A stretch of DNA of 64,000 nt from an uncultured Bacillota bacterium (GCA_900551705.1 URWY01000001.1:22273-86272), one strand, 5' to 3'. Positions 35,298 through 46,142 are shown, counted from the stretch's first letter. Notes: generated by a model from the sequence alone, not told the origin. A program made the numbers and translations.

Positions 35298-36581
35298 ATG
35301 AAAGTATCAAATATTGGCTTAATATCAAGAAAACTAACAAACTTAGATGAGCAATTTCCAGTTCAAGATATGCTTTTGCAAACTGGTCAAATTGAACAAT
35401 ATGCTGGTGGGATTTATGCCTACGGTCATGTTCCATATCTTGTTAAGCGCAATGTTGAAAAAATAATTAGCGACACATTGACATCTTATGGCTGTGCGGA
35501 AGTTTTGCTTCCAATTTTGCAACCAGAAAAAATATGGGCTGAATCTGGCAGGTTAGATAAATATGTTAGTGATGGTGTTATGTTTAGAACACTCACTAAA
35601 AACGGCAATTATTGCTTAGCACCAACAGCGGAAGAAGCGATAGTTGCATTTGCAAGAAAAAGATTATCAACATACAAACAATTACCTGTAACATATTTCC
35701 AAATTGGTCCAAAATTCAGAAACGAAATCAGAACAAGGGGATATTTGCTTCGCGGAAAAGCATTTGAAATGCTTGATGCATATAGCTTTGGACGCAATCA
35801 AGAAGATTTAGACAAAGAATATGCGCATATGAAACAAGCGTATATGGATATTTTCAATAAAATGGAATTAAAAGTGCAACCAGTTGGTGCAGATAGCGGT
35901 GCTATTGGTGGCAGTAAATCTGAAGAATTTATGTGTTTGTCTGATATTGGGGAAGATAATATCTTATACGATTCAGAGTCTGGACAAACATTCAATTCCG
36001 AACTTTTGGAAAGGGAAGACGCTGCTCAATATTTGCTTGAAACTTATGGTATTAAAAATATTAACAATGTTATTTCAAGAAAAGCGGTTGAACTTGGACA
36101 CATTTTCCAACTTGGCAACAAATATTCAAAAACAATGAACGGCAATTATGTTGACAGTGATGGCAATGTAAAAGAATATATGATGGGTTGCTACGGAATT
36201 GGCATTGGTAGAACTGTCGCGATGATTTATGAAAACAGCATAATAACCAAAGACGGCAAGTTTGACGGAATTTCTCTTCCAAAGAGTGTGGCACCATATA
36301 TGATTTATATGATTCCAAAAACTGATGACAAAGAAAAATACGAACTTGCAACAGAACTTTATAATCAACTTGAAAATGCGGGTGTTAAAGTTCTGTTTGA
36401 CGACAGACAAGAAATATCTATCGGCGCAAAAATAAAAGATTCTAAAATTGTTGGTTCGCCTTACATGGCAGTTATTGGAAAAAGCGTTGATAATGGCAAG
36501 ATTGAAATTGAAGAAATTAAAACTGGCGATAAACAAGAAATTAATATTGATGAATTTGTTAATTATTGTAAAAACCTATAA
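35298..36581 (+). CDS. proS: Proline--tRNA ligase, bacterial-type but lacking the INS editing domain
   Basis: Colinear with E. coli ProRS through motif 2 ('YKQLPVTYFQIGPKFRNEIRTRGYLLRGKAFEMLDAYSF') and motif 3 ('MGCYGIGIGR'). Only about 50 aa lie where the INS domain of about 180 aa would be. 427 aa in total. Confidence 0.75.
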   Translation: MKVSNIGLISRKLTNLDEQFPVQDMLLQTGQIEQYAGGIYAYGHVPYLVKRNVEKIISDTLTSYGCAEVLLPILQPEKIWAESGRLDKYVSDGVMFRTLTKNGNYCLAPTAEEAIVAFARKRLSTYKQLPVTYFQIGPKFRNEIRTRGYLLRGKAFEMLDAYSFGRNQEDLDKEYAHMKQAYMDIFNKMELKVQPVGADSGAIGGSKSEEFMCLSDIGEDNILYDSESGQTFNSELLEREDAAQYLLETYGIKNINNVISRKAVELGHIFQLGNKYSKTMNGNYVDSDGNVKEYMMGCYGIGIGRTVAMIYENSIITKDGKFDGISLPKSVAPYMIYMIPKTDDKEKYELATELYNQLENAGVKVLFDDRQEISIGAKIKDSKIVGSPYMAVIGKSVDNGKIEIEEIKTGDKQEINIDEFVNYCKNL

Positions 36582-36643
36582 AAACATTAAAAAATACGAT
36601 AAAAATCGTATTTTTTTATAATTTGATTTAAAAAAGCAGGTTT

Positions 36644-37525
36644 TTAACCTGCAATTTTTATAACATAATATTTTGTTTCGCCTTCAATTACGAAGTCATA
36701 ATCTGTTGCTCCAAGACCTTTTAAGGAATAAGTGAAGCCATCATTTTCTTCGTTTCCAATCAATGCGTTAATGAATGGTGAACCTAAACTTAAACAAAGT
36801 TCGTCTGCTGTGCCGCAATGAAGAGCGATATTCAAAACTTTAACAAACTCTTGTGTTTCTTCTGCTGTTAAGTTGTTTATAGAAAGTTCTTTGCTTTCAA
36901 TTTTGTAATTGAATTGTCCTTCCAACTTTGTTACAGTGACAGTTGATGAAAAATACAATGTTTCTGGAACATATTTTGAAACCATGCTTAATGGGAAACT
37001 TGACATTGAGTCTTTGATTTCTTTTGTATTCAATTTGATAACAATGTTGACATCGGCACTATTTTCTTCAATGTTTACAAAGTTTACTTGAACAAGTTCA
37101 ATTTGCAAACTTTTATCTCCGATTTGAACTGTTGCAGAGTTGCCGTCTTCGTGCATAAGGTTATCAATGATAGCGGCGATTTGTTTGTCTGTCAATTTTA
37201 TTTCGCCAGTCAATGCGTTGAGCCCAGAACCTGTGCGAATTGTGTAACCATCTGTTGCGTTACCAGTAACTAAGTCTGCGGATTTTGCATTGATTGCCAA
37301 TTTTGCAGATTCCATATCGCTAATATTAAATGCGTTAGGGAATTTTTCGCTCTCATTAACTTCTGAGTTAAGTGTTTTAACTTGTGAAATTGTGCTTATA
37401 AGATTCACATCGTATTTGATTTTGAAGAATGCCCAAATTCCGACAAGCACGAGTGCGACAAAAATAATAATTCCAGCAATCGCACTGATTAATTTTACCC
37501 ACCAAGGCTTTTTTGTTTTTTCCAT
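36644..37525 (-). CDS. Membrane-anchored hypothetical protein (293 aa)
   Basis: Start ATG 37525 (MEKTKKPWWVKLISAIAGIIIFVALVLVGIW) with an AGGAG SD. The track's longer ORF is an upstream extension. Confidence 0.55.
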   Translation of the reverse strand: MEKTKKPWWVKLISAIAGIIIFVALVLVGIWAFFKIKYDVNLISTISQVKTLNSEVNESEKFPNAFNISDMESAKLAINAKSADLVTGNATDGYTIRTGSGLNALTGEIKLTDKQIAAIIDNLMHEDGNSATVQIGDKSLQIELVQVNFVNIEENSADVNIVIKLNTKEIKDSMSSFPLSMVSKYVPETLYFSSTVTVTKLEGQFNYKIESKELSINNLTAEETQEFVKVLNIALHCGTADELCLSLGSPFINALIGNEENDGFTYSLKGLGATDYDFVIEGETKYYVIKIAG

Positions 37526-37666
37526 AATTTTATCTCCTATAAAAAATATATCACAATCTTGAAAAAAACAAAAGGAATTATAAAAATTTTGTATAGAAAA
37601 GTTAAAGAAAACGATAAACATTTTTAAATATACATTATATAATATTGTTGTATAAAAGGAAAAAAC

Positions 37667-38602
37667 ATGAGTGTAATTGAAGTTAAAGATTTAACAAAAG
37701 ATTATGGCAGCGGCAGGGGCGTTTTTGATGTTTCATTTGCAATCAATCAAGGCGAAGTTTTTGGCTTTTTAGGTCCAAACGGCGCTGGTAAGTCAACCAC
37801 AATTAGGCATTTAATGGGTTTTTCTAAACCACAAAAAGGTGAAACCTATATTTTAGGTATGCCAACTTTTAAGAATTATTATAAATTTCTAAGCAAAGTG
37901 GGTTATATTCCTGGCGAAATAGCGCTTCCACAAGGCTTGACAGGGTGGCAATTTATTCGCATGATGCAAAATATGCAAAAAATACATAATGAAGAACAAC
38001 TTAGCAAAATGTTGAACTTGTTTGAGCTTGACGATGTTGTTTTAAAGGGCGAAACTAAACGCATGAGTTTAGGTGTTAAAAGAAAACTTGCAATTGTTGT
38101 TGCATTTATGAGCGACCCAGACATTTTGATTTTGGATGAACCAACAAGCGGTCTTGACCCTGTTATGCAAGAAGTTTTTATACAACTTATTAAAAAAGAA
38201 AAAGAAAGGGGCAAAACAATACTTTTGTCTAGCCATATTTTCTCAGAAGTTGACGCAACTTGCGATAGAATTGCAATTATTAAAGATGGCAAAATTGTTT
38301 CCGAATTTATTGCGAACGACTTGAAACATGCTTCAACAAAATTTTATAAAATAGATTTTTTGAGTAAAGAAGATTATCAAGACTTTAACAAAATTTGTAA
38401 AGATGGTAAAATTATCAAAGTTTTAGATAAAAATGAGAGTGAACTTTGGACTTATATTGCTGTTGACGATAAACATATAAATTTATTGGTTGAATTGCTT
38501 TCACATTTAAACATAAAAGAATTTTCAAATATAAAAGAAACATTAGAAGATTATTTCATGAAATTCTATAAAGAAGATAAAGATTTTGGAGGTGCGTTGT
38601 AA
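37667..38602 (+). CDS. ABC transporter ATP-binding protein
   Basis: 'GPNGAGKST', 'LSLGVKRKL', 'LILDEPTSGLD'. Confidence 0.85.
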   Translation: MSVIEVKDLTKDYGSGRGVFDVSFAINQGEVFGFLGPNGAGKSTTIRHLMGFSKPQKGETYILGMPTFKNYYKFLSKVGYIPGEIALPQGLTGWQFIRMMQNMQKIHNEEQLSKMLNLFELDDVVLKGETKRMSLGVKRKLAIVVAFMSDPDILILDEPTSGLDPVMQEVFIQLIKKEKERGKTILLSSHIFSEVDATCDRIAIIKDGKIVSEFIANDLKHASTKFYKIDFLSKEDYQDFNKICKDGKIIKVLDKNESELWTYIAVDDKHINLLVELLSHLNIKEFSNIKETLEDYFMKFYKEDKDFGGAL

Positions 38603-39528
38603 TGGAAACTATTGAACTTCAAAATTTAACAAAAGATTATGGTGAAGGACGAGGCATTTTTGATGTTAACTTAACAATCAAAAAGGGCGAAATGGTCGGT
38701 TTTGTTGGAACGAATGGTTCTGGCAAAACAACAACAATTAGAAACATAATGGGATTTTTAAAACCAACAAGTGGCAACGCGTATGTTGACGGGCTTGAAA
38801 CTTGGCACAATGCAAGTAAAATTGCAAAACACATTGGATATGTCCCAGGCGAAATTGCATTTCCAGATTTGCCATCAGGCACAGCATTTTTGAAAAGTCA
38901 AGCAGAGTTTTATGGCTTGAAAGACATGACTTTTGCTAACAATTTAATTGAAAAATTGCAATTAGACCCAAGAGCAAATTTAAAAAGAATGAGTAAAGGC
39001 ATGAAACAAAAAACAGCTCTTGTTGCGGCACTTATGAATAATCCAGATATTTTAATTTTGGACGAACCAACAACAGGGCTTGACCCACTTATGCGACTTG
39101 CTTTTTTGGATATTATTAAACAGGAGCATAAAAAGGGCAAAACAATTTTTATGAGCAGTCATTTGTTCAATGAAATGGAAGATACTTGCGATAGAGTTGT
39201 TTTAATTGACCGTGGGCACATAATTGCAATCGCAGACATGGATAAAGATGTGCGAAATCGTCCTTGCAAAGATTTTAAAATTGAATTTAAAAATAAAACA
39301 GATTATGAAAAGTTTAAAAAACTTAAATACAAAATAATTCGTGATCAAGAACAATACAATCAAGTGACAATCAATATTAATAATAATGAAATAAATAAGT
39401 TGTTTAAGTCACTACATAATTATGATGTTAAATTTATCGCAGAGGTTAAATATACTCTTGAAAAACATTTTAAGAATATATTAATCAATAATAAAATCAT
39501 GGAAAATAAATTTAAGGAGGAAAATTAA
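38602..39528 (+). CDS. ABC transporter ATP-binding protein (second subunit)
   Basis: 'GTNGSGKTT', 'MSKGMKQK', 'LILDEPTTGLD'. TAATG overlap with the upstream gene. Confidence 0.85.
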   Translation: METIELQNLTKDYGEGRGIFDVNLTIKKGEMVGFVGTNGSGKTTTIRNIMGFLKPTSGNAYVDGLETWHNASKIAKHIGYVPGEIAFPDLPSGTAFLKSQAEFYGLKDMTFANNLIEKLQLDPRANLKRMSKGMKQKTALVAALMNNPDILILDEPTTGLDPLMRLAFLDIIKQEHKKGKTIFMSSHLFNEMEDTCDRVVLIDRGHIIAIADMDKDVRNRPCKDFKIEFKNKTDYEKFKKLKYKIIRDQEQYNQVTININNNEINKLFKSLHNYDVKFIAEVKYTLEKHFKNILINNKIMENKFKEEN

Positions 39529-41046
39529 ATGTTTAGTAAAGCACTTTTTAAACAAACTTGCAAAGCGAACGGACTTATGTGGGCGATTGTCGCATTTGCA
39601 GTGTGCTTTATGCTTGCTTGTGTTATGCTTATTTCTGGAAGCGGTAATATTTCAAAAATGACCGAAGGAATAAGCGATACCATAATTGATAGCACCATTG
39701 AATCATACATGGAAAAACGGGCTATTAATTATTACGATATTTCAGCGAATGCATTAACAACTTTTGATGAATATTTCAAACAAGGATATTTAGCAACAGG
39801 TGATGCAACTGCAGCCTACGCAAATGCTGTCAATAAATTACAAGCATACACTGCTGCATTGTGTTCTAGCCTTGGCTATGCTGCGGATAGTGACGAAGCA
39901 CAAGAAGTTCAAGGTTTGATTTTTTGTGTTTTAAATGCAGGACATCAATTTGATGAGTTCTATACATCAGTTGGTGAGACAGCGCCAACCTATGACATAA
40001 CAACTGTTATGGCGGCGGATAGAGCAGAATATATTTCAGAATATGCAAGAAACAATTCATCAATATTTTTAGCAGCCAACATGGTAAAAGAAGAAAATGT
40101 TGATAAGATTTTAAATCAACTTGCATCTTTCAAAGTCTCTGCTGAAAAATATGCTGAATATGGCTATGCAGGTAGTGATGGTTACAACAATATCAAAACA
40201 ATTTCACAAAACACGCTTGTAACTTATATCGCAAGATATAATTACGATTATAGCCTTGTTGACACATCAACAATGACGCCAGAAGAAATCTCAGCAAAAC
40301 AAAACGAAATCAAAACCAATATTGCTGGCGATATCACTTCAAGTTTCATTTCAACATTGCCAAAAGATGTTTCTGATGGACTTTCAGAACTCGGCGAAAT
40401 GGATATGTATAGCATGATAATTGGCTCAATATTCTTCAAAATGGCTGGCCTATTATTACCAATTATTTATATGATTATGGTTGCAAACAACTTAATTGCA
40501 GGTCAAGTGGATAGTGGCTCAATGGCATACATATTATCAACTTCAACAAAAAGAAAACAAGTTATATTTACACAAGCACTATATTTAGTCTTATCTCTTT
40601 TTGCAATGTTCAGTGTAACAACTGTAACAAGTTTAGTTTGTTTACGAATTGTCGACTCATCGGCAATTACACTAACTTATGGAGATTTGGTTTTGATTAA
40701 CCTTGGAGCATTCTTAACAATGTTTGCGATGAGCGGAATTTCATTTATGGCTTCTTGCTTGTTCAATAGAAGCAAGCACTCAATGAATATTGGTGGCGGA
40801 CTTAATATGTTCTTCCTTGTCGCGTCAATGCTTGGATTATTTGGTTCAAAAATTATGCCATCAGTTGTTAGGTTAAGTTCATTAAATTTCTTCAATTATG
40901 TAACAATAATCACTTTGTTTGATGTAAATTCCATTCTTGCGGGAACAACAACATTTATTTGGAAATGGGCTATACTTGTTGGAATCGGCTTGATTTGCTT
41001 TCTCATTGGTAGTATCAGATTTCAAAAGAAAGACCTACCACTATAA
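39529..41046 (+). CDS. ABC-2-type permease with large extracytoplasmic domain
   Basis: N-terminal TM helix, a soluble region of about 250 aa, then about 5 C-terminal TM helices. Immediately follows the two ATPase genes. Confidence 0.65.
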   Translation: MFSKALFKQTCKANGLMWAIVAFAVCFMLACVMLISGSGNISKMTEGISDTIIDSTIESYMEKRAINYYDISANALTTFDEYFKQGYLATGDATAAYANAVNKLQAYTAALCSSLGYAADSDEAQEVQGLIFCVLNAGHQFDEFYTSVGETAPTYDITTVMAADRAEYISEYARNNSSIFLAANMVKEENVDKILNQLASFKVSAEKYAEYGYAGSDGYNNIKTISQNTLVTYIARYNYDYSLVDTSTMTPEEISAKQNEIKTNIAGDITSSFISTLPKDVSDGLSELGEMDMYSMIIGSIFFKMAGLLLPIIYMIMVANNLIAGQVDSGSMAYILSTSTKRKQVIFTQALYLVLSLFAMFSVTTVTSLVCLRIVDSSAITLTYGDLVLINLGAFLTMFAMSGISFMASCLFNRSKHSMNIGGGLNMFFLVASMLGLFGSKIMPSVVRLSSLNFFNYVTIITLFDVNSILAGTTTFIWKWAILVGIGLICFLIGSIRFQKKDLPL

Positions 41047-41117
41047 AAATAAAACTGATTGCCTTGGCAGTCAGTTTTTTAATCAAAAAACTCCACAATT
41101 AAGTGGAGTTTATTTTT

Positions 41118-43097
41118 TTAAGGCTCTTGAACGCTAGATTTGTTGTATGTTCTTTTTATCAATTTGATAGTGTTTGAATGTTTAGATTTTATATTTGCGG
41201 CTGATTCCATAATTTTATTATAATTTTCATTATTTTTTTCAGCATTTACAATTTGGTCTCTTAATTCTTTAAGCTCATCTACACATTCTTTTGAATCTTT
41301 ATATAATTCTTGATTTTCTGCCTTTTTAGCATCTTTGCCATAATAGTTGTTGTAATCTTCAAGAGTATCAATAGTTTTGTTTGTTTTATTTAAAATATCG
41401 TTAAATTTTTGATCTGTTTCTTCTTGTGAAACCCTAGCTTCATTTTGTTTTTTAATTTCTGCTTTTTTCTCAGCTTTTTCTTGCTTTGAATTTATTTTTT
41501 CTTGTTTAGAAGCGGTTTTATCTTTTTGTTTTTTCTTGCTTTGTTCTTTTACAACTGCTTTTTCTTCGGTTTTTTGGTTATCAGTTTGTTTTTCTTCTGA
41601 ATTGTCTTTGGCTGCTGCTTTTTTCGCTTTCTTTTTAGCTGCTTTCTTGTCAATAGCCTTTTTAACATATCTTCCCGATGCCGCAAGTGTTGGAATTGCA
41701 GTTGCAGCGCCTAATAAACCAGTCATAAGAGGAATTGCAAATGGAATGCCAGGCATCAATGCGGTTGCTATACACAATGCAAATGCGATAATTGCGAAAA
41801 TTCCTGATAGTAACAATTTCCAACCAGGTATTTGTTTGTCGTCTGGCTTTTTATCTTTTGCTTTACCATCTTTGCCGTCTGCCTTATCATCTTTGCCATT
41901 TTGATTATCTTCTTGCTTGTCTTCCGCTTTTGGTTGTTCAGCATTTTCTTGTTTTTCTTCTTGAACTGTTTCTTCTTTCGTTGGATCAAGCACTGTTATA
42001 GGTTCAGGTTCTGGTGTTGGTTCTTCAACAACGGGTTTTTCAGGTTCTGGCTGTATTGGAGTGAAAGCGTTTACATCTTCCAACGATTGAATCGCAGGCT
42101 CTGCATTTGTATTTTCAAAAGCATTAATGCCAACTTTAATGCCAGGTTTTGTTAAAGACTTGATAGATTCAATTTGCATTTTTTCAATATCTGCTTTTGT
42201 TTCTTCGTCAACAACTTTTTCACCATTTTTTTCTTGTGGCAAGAATTCTGTTATTTCTTTAATAATTTCAGGGGATAATCCGTCAACCAATTTTGAGTTT
42301 TTAGATTCTCCAACTTTTTCGCTTGATTTATCAAAGCGAACAATCAAATCTTTTTTGTCTGTCACTTCGCCATTATTACCCATATCTGGGACAACTTTAA
42401 AGCCCGCATAAACTTCTTTAAGTTCAACGCCGTCACCAACTAAAATTCTGTCGCCATAAAGAGCGATTCTTAAAGTTTGACCCTTTTTGCCAACATTTGC
42501 CCATTCTTTAACTTTGATATTTGGTGAGCCGTTAGCTTCCATTGCTTTTAATGTTTCAAACATTTGAGCTGGAAGGGCACAGCGTTTTGCTTGTTTTGAT
42601 GCTCTAAGTTGAATAGGTGCTGCATCGTTTTGTGTGAGTTCAACAATATTTTTTGGAAGTTCAACATTTAGGTTTTCACTTTCAAGTTTAAGCAAAGTTG
42701 TTTGAACACCATTTTTTTCATGAATGATGCCCTTTGATTTAATTGTTATATTTCCGAAAGATTTTGCATCAGGATTGTTAAGAGCAAAGGAGATGTCTTC
42801 ATTAGCATACATTGTTACATTTTTAAGTTTGTAAACATTGTAGTTTTCGTTTTCGGCATCTGAGAAAATCTGTAAGTCTTTTAATTGCTCAAAATTTTTG
42901 TCAACCATCAAATAAAGTTGGTTGTCATTTTTAATTATTGAGCAGACAGGTGAGTGGCTTTCAGTTAAGTTTTTGCCAAAATTTATGATGTCGTTATAGT
43001 TTGAAACACTAACAACTTGGCTGCCGATATCTTGATATTTTCCATTAACTTTTTGTTTTTGTGGAATTGTGAATGATAATGAATCTTTTTGTTCCAT
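41118..43097 (-). CDS. Large hypothetical protein with P/E-rich and K/E/D-rich low-complexity regions and central TM helices
   Basis: Start ATG 43097 (MEQKDSLSF) after a GGAGGAG SD. 'PEPEKPVVEEPTPEPEP'. TM block 'WKLLLSGIFAIIAFALCIATALMPGIPFAIPLMTGLLGAATAIPTLAA'. KE-rich C-terminus. Confidence 0.6.
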   Translation of the reverse strand: MEQKDSLSFTIPQKQKVNGKYQDIGSQVVSVSNYNDIINFGKNLTESHSPVCSIIKNDNQLYLMVDKNFEQLKDLQIFSDAENENYNVYKLKNVTMYANEDISFALNNPDAKSFGNITIKSKGIIHEKNGVQTTLLKLESENLNVELPKNIVELTQNDAAPIQLRASKQAKRCALPAQMFETLKAMEANGSPNIKVKEWANVGKKGQTLRIALYGDRILVGDGVELKEVYAGFKVVPDMGNNGEVTDKKDLIVRFDKSSEKVGESKNSKLVDGLSPEIIKEITEFLPQEKNGEKVVDEETKADIEKMQIESIKSLTKPGIKVGINAFENTNAEPAIQSLEDVNAFTPIQPEPEKPVVEEPTPEPEPITVLDPTKEETVQEEKQENAEQPKAEDKQEDNQNGKDDKADGKDGKAKDKKPDDKQIPGWKLLLSGIFAIIAFALCIATALMPGIPFAIPLMTGLLGAATAIPTLAASGRYVKKAIDKKAAKKKAKKAAAKDNSEEKQTDNQKTEEKAVVKEQSKKKQKDKTASKQEKINSKQEKAEKKAEIKKQNEARVSQEETDQKFNDILNKTNKTIDTLEDYNNYYGKDAKKAENQELYKDSKECVDELKELRDQIVNAEKNNENYNKIMESAANIKSKHSNTIKLIKRTYNKSSVQEP

Positions 43098-43283
43098 AAT
43101 CTCCTCCATTTCTTTAAAGATAATTATATATATTTTTTTGACTTTGTCAATAGTTGGAAAAAAAGATTTCGTTGAAAACAATATAAAAAAATATTAAAAA
43201 ATAGTTGCAAAAGATTTTTTTTTATGCTAATATAATGCCGAATTGGAGATTATCCAAAATTTTTTTAAGGAGAGATATTAAAA

Positions 43284-44486
43284 ATGGCAAAGGAAAAATT
43301 TGACAGAAGCAAACCACACGTTAACATTGGTACTATCGGCCACGTTGACCATGGTAAAACTACTTTAACTGCAGCTATCACTTTCTACAGCTCATTGAAA
43401 GGCAACGCAGCAGCTATGAAGTATGATGATATCGACAAAGCGCCAGAAGAAAAGGCTAGAGGTATTACTATTAATACTGCTCACGTTGAATATCAAACAG
43501 ACAAAAGGCACTACGCTCACGTAGACTGCCCAGGACACGCTGACTATGTTAAAAACATGATCACAGGTGCAGCACAAATGGATGGAGCAATCTTAGTTGT
43601 TTCAGCCGCTGATGGTCCTATGCCTCAAACAAGAGAACACATTCTTCTTGCTCGTCAAGTTGGCGTTCCTTATATCATTGTTTTCATGAATAAGGTTGAC
43701 CAAGTTGATGATCCAGAACTTCTTGAACTTGTTGAAATGGAAATTAGAGACCTTCTTTCATCTTATGGATTCCCAGGAGATACAACACCAATTATTAAAG
43801 GTTCAGCTCTTAAAGCTCTTGAAGCTTGCCAAGCTGGTGACATTAATAGTGAATGGTGCAAACCAATTCAAGAACTTCTTGATGCAGTTGACTCATATAT
43901 CCCAGAACCTACAAGAGATACAGATAAACCTTTCTTGATGCCAGTTGAAGACGTTTTCACAATCACAGGTCGTGGAACAGTTGCAACAGGTAGAGTAGAA
44001 AGAGGAACTGTTAAAGTAGGCGACACAGTAGAAATTGTTGGTATGGGTTCAAACAAACAAACAGTTATTACTGGCGTTGAAATGTTCAGAAAACTTCTTG
44101 ACGAAGCTCAAGCAGGAGATAATGTAGGTCTTCTTCTTCGTGGTATTCAAAGAAACGAAATCGAAAGAGGACAAGTTCTTTGCAAACCAGGCTCAATTAA
44201 GCCTCACACAGAATTCAAAGCAGAAGTTTATGTTCTTAAGAAAGAAGAAGGCGGACGCCACACACCATTCTTCAATGGTTATCGTCCACAATTCTACTTC
44301 AGAACAACTGATGTTACAGGAACAATCGAACTTCCACAAGGCGTTGAAATGGTTATGCCAGGCGACAATGTTAGCATGACAATTAAACTTATCACACCTA
44401 TCGCTATCGAACAAGGATTGCGTTTCGCTATCCGTGAAGGTGGCAGAACTGTTGGTTCAGGCGTTGTTTCTTCAATCATCGCTTAA
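43284..44486 (+). CDS. tuf: Elongation factor Tu
   Basis: '[33 protein letters not shown]', 'DCPGHADY', 'NKVD'. 400 aa. Confidence 0.97.
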   Translation: MAKEKFDRSKPHVNIGTIGHVDHGKTTLTAAITFYSSLKGNAAAMKYDDIDKAPEEKARGITINTAHVEYQTDKRHYAHVDCPGHADYVKNMITGAAQMDGAILVVSAADGPMPQTREHILLARQVGVPYIIVFMNKVDQVDDPELLELVEMEIRDLLSSYGFPGDTTPIIKGSALKALEACQAGDINSEWCKPIQELLDAVDSYIPEPTRDTDKPFLMPVEDVFTITGRGTVATGRVERGTVKVGDTVEIVGMGSNKQTVITGVEMFRKLLDEAQAGDNVGLLLRGIQRNEIERGQVLCKPGSIKPHTEFKAEVYVLKKEEGGRHTPFFNGYRPQFYFRTTDVTGTIELPQGVEMVMPGDNVSMTIKLITPIAIEQGLRFAIREGGRTVGSGVVSSIIA

Positions 44487-44502
44487 TCGAAGTAAAAATA
44501 AA

Positions 44503-44529
44503 ACACTCACAATCGTGGGTGTTTTTTAT
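44503..44529 (+). terminator. tuf terminator
   Basis: acactcac-aatc-gtgggtgt followed by tttttt. Confidence 0.7.
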
Positions 44530-45122
44530 TTTTCAATGTTTTGTTCGTTTATTTTGGTAATTTTATTGTTTTTAACATCATTCATTGTCTTTTCAATGGT
44601 ATAGATATTTTGCAAGCTTAAAGGTTTGTAAATGTTTTCATTTTTTATGAAATTAAATTCGTCAATGCCGCATAAACTCATTAAATAGTCGTTTAGAACT
44701 TTTACTTGTTTTTCGTTAATTAAATACAAATAATCTTTCATATAATCAAAAAACTTATTTCCCTTATAGCTATCTGATAAATTGTTCTTGGTTTTTTCAT
44801 CATTTTTTTCTGGAAGCAAGGCAATAAAGTCCCCCCAGCCAAGTTCCTCTTGCGCTTCTATTGTAAGGATAATAGGGAAAATGATAGTTGATATATTGTT
44901 AATTTCAGTTTGATAAAATTGTGTTACGATGCCACGCTTGTAATAAATGAAATTGATGTGTTCGGTTATTTCAGCATTTTGAATTTTTCCATCATTTAAT
45001 AAATAATATTCTTTGTTGTCTGTTAAAGTTTTAACTTTTGTTTTTTGCTTGTTAAGAACACACAATTTAATAGATTTTGTATCGTCTATTAATAAATAAA
45101 CATCTTTAAGTGAAATTTGCAT
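44526..45122 (-). CDS. Hypothetical protein (about 198 aa)
   Basis: Long ORF. Likely start ATG 45122 (MQISLKD) after GGAG. No motif recognised. Confidence 0.5.
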   Translation of the reverse strand: MQISLKDVYLLIDDTKSIKLCVLNKQKTKVKTLTDNKEYYLLNDGKIQNAEITEHINFIYYKRGIVTQFYQTEINNISTIIFPIILTIEAQEELGWGDFIALLPEKNDEKTKNNLSDSYKGNKFFDYMKDYLYLINEKQVKVLNDYLMSLCGIDEFNFIKNENIYKPLSLQNIYTIEKTMNDVKNNKITKINEQNIEK

Positions 45123-45310
45123 AAAACACTCCATATTGAATATATATCATAGTTCAGCTAAAAGTACAATCATTTTAGACCAAAATAATATGTAAATAAA
45201 TTCATTTTTATAAAGATTTGTTTTGCATAGGTCTTTTTATATGTATTTTGTAAAGCTAAAATAAAAAAGGGGCACAACATCTATATTTAACAGATATTGC
45301 GCCCACAATA

Positions 45311-45387
45311 TGGTGGAAGTTATAGGACTCGAACCTATGACCCCCTGCTTGTAAGGCAGGTGCTCTAACCAACTGAGCTAAACTTCC
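45311..45387 (-). tRNA. tRNA-Val (anticodon UAC), encoded CCA
   Basis: The reverse complement gives GGAAGTT/AACTTCC acceptor, anticodon loop CUUACAA and T-loop GGTTCGAGTCC. TTGACA-17-TATATT promoter upstream. A 13-bp hairpin plus T-run lies downstream (about 45267-45305). Confidence 0.9.
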
Positions 45388-45504
45388 ATCAGCGTGGTTT
45401 AATATATCATATCAATTTTTAAATGTCAACAATTTTTATCAAATTTGCAAAATATTTTTTTGTAAGCTTGTATTAAGTTTTTTGAACTTCCATATAATAA
45501 GTTT

Positions 45505-46104
45505 ATGAAGTGGAAAATCATTATATCATCAATAATTGTTGCTGTAATTCTTGCAGGTCTAGGGGCAATGATTTTTTGCTATAACAACATTCAATATCCA
45601 GTGAAATATACCAAAGAAATAAATGCAGCAAGTGAAGAATTTGGAGTTCAAAAAGAACTAATTGCAAGCGTAATCAATGCGGAAAGTCATTATAACGAAA
45701 AGGCGGTTTCAAATAAAGGTGCGATTGGACTTATGCAAATCATGCCTTCAACGGCAGAATGGATACTAAACAAGATATCAAAACAAAATAGCAGTGTTCC
45801 AAGATTGTCACAAATCGAATTGTTTGACTATGAAAAATCTGATGGTAAACTTTTTGACGCTAATTTGAATATTAGAATAGGAACATATTATTTGGCATAT
45901 TTGATAAACAAATTTAAAGATGTAAACACCGCTTTATGTGCCTATAATGCTGGCGAAGGAAAGGTTGGTGAGTGGTTAAATTCAAACGAGTTTTCTGAGG
46001 ATAAACAAACATTAAAAAAAATACCATATCGCGAAACAGATAATTATGTTAACAAAGTGAATATGAATTTAAAGATATATAGCAAGAAATTGAATTTTCG
46101 TTGA
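45505..46104 (+). CDS. Membrane-anchored lytic transglycosylase (SLT domain)
   Basis: 'VINAESHYNEKAVSNKGAIGLMQIMPSTAEW', 'AYNAGEGKV'. Confidence 0.8.
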   Translation: MKWKIIISSIIVAVILAGLGAMIFCYNNIQYPVKYTKEINAASEEFGVQKELIASVINAESHYNEKAVSNKGAIGLMQIMPSTAEWILNKISKQNSSVPRLSQIELFDYEKSDGKLFDANLNIRIGTYYLAYLINKFKDVNTALCAYNAGEGKVGEWLNSNEFSEDKQTLKKIPYRETDNYVNKVNMNLKIYSKKLNFR

Positions 46105-46113
46105 AAAAAACTA

Positions 46114-46142
46114 TTGACAAGTGACTTTTCTTAGGGTATAAT
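46114..46142 (+). promoter_or_regulatory. Consensus SigA-type promoter
   Basis: TTGACA (46114-46119), 17 nt, TATAAT (46137-46142), upstream of the 109-aa ORF. Confidence 0.6.

Noticed and set aside
41536-42411. Several plus-strand ORFs (41536, 41792, 41832, 42127) and a minus-strand alternative frame (41768..41989)
   Set aside because: All lie inside the K/E/P-rich low-complexity part of the 41118..43097 gene. Repetitive A/G-rich codons keep the other frames open.
45468-45507. Possible leaderless mRNA for the SLT-domain gene (TATAAT at 45493-45498, ATG at 45505, no SD)
   Set aside because: The -35 element is poor (best is TTGTAT with a 19-nt spacer). The inference rests on a single hexamer, so it is too weak without transcription start site data.
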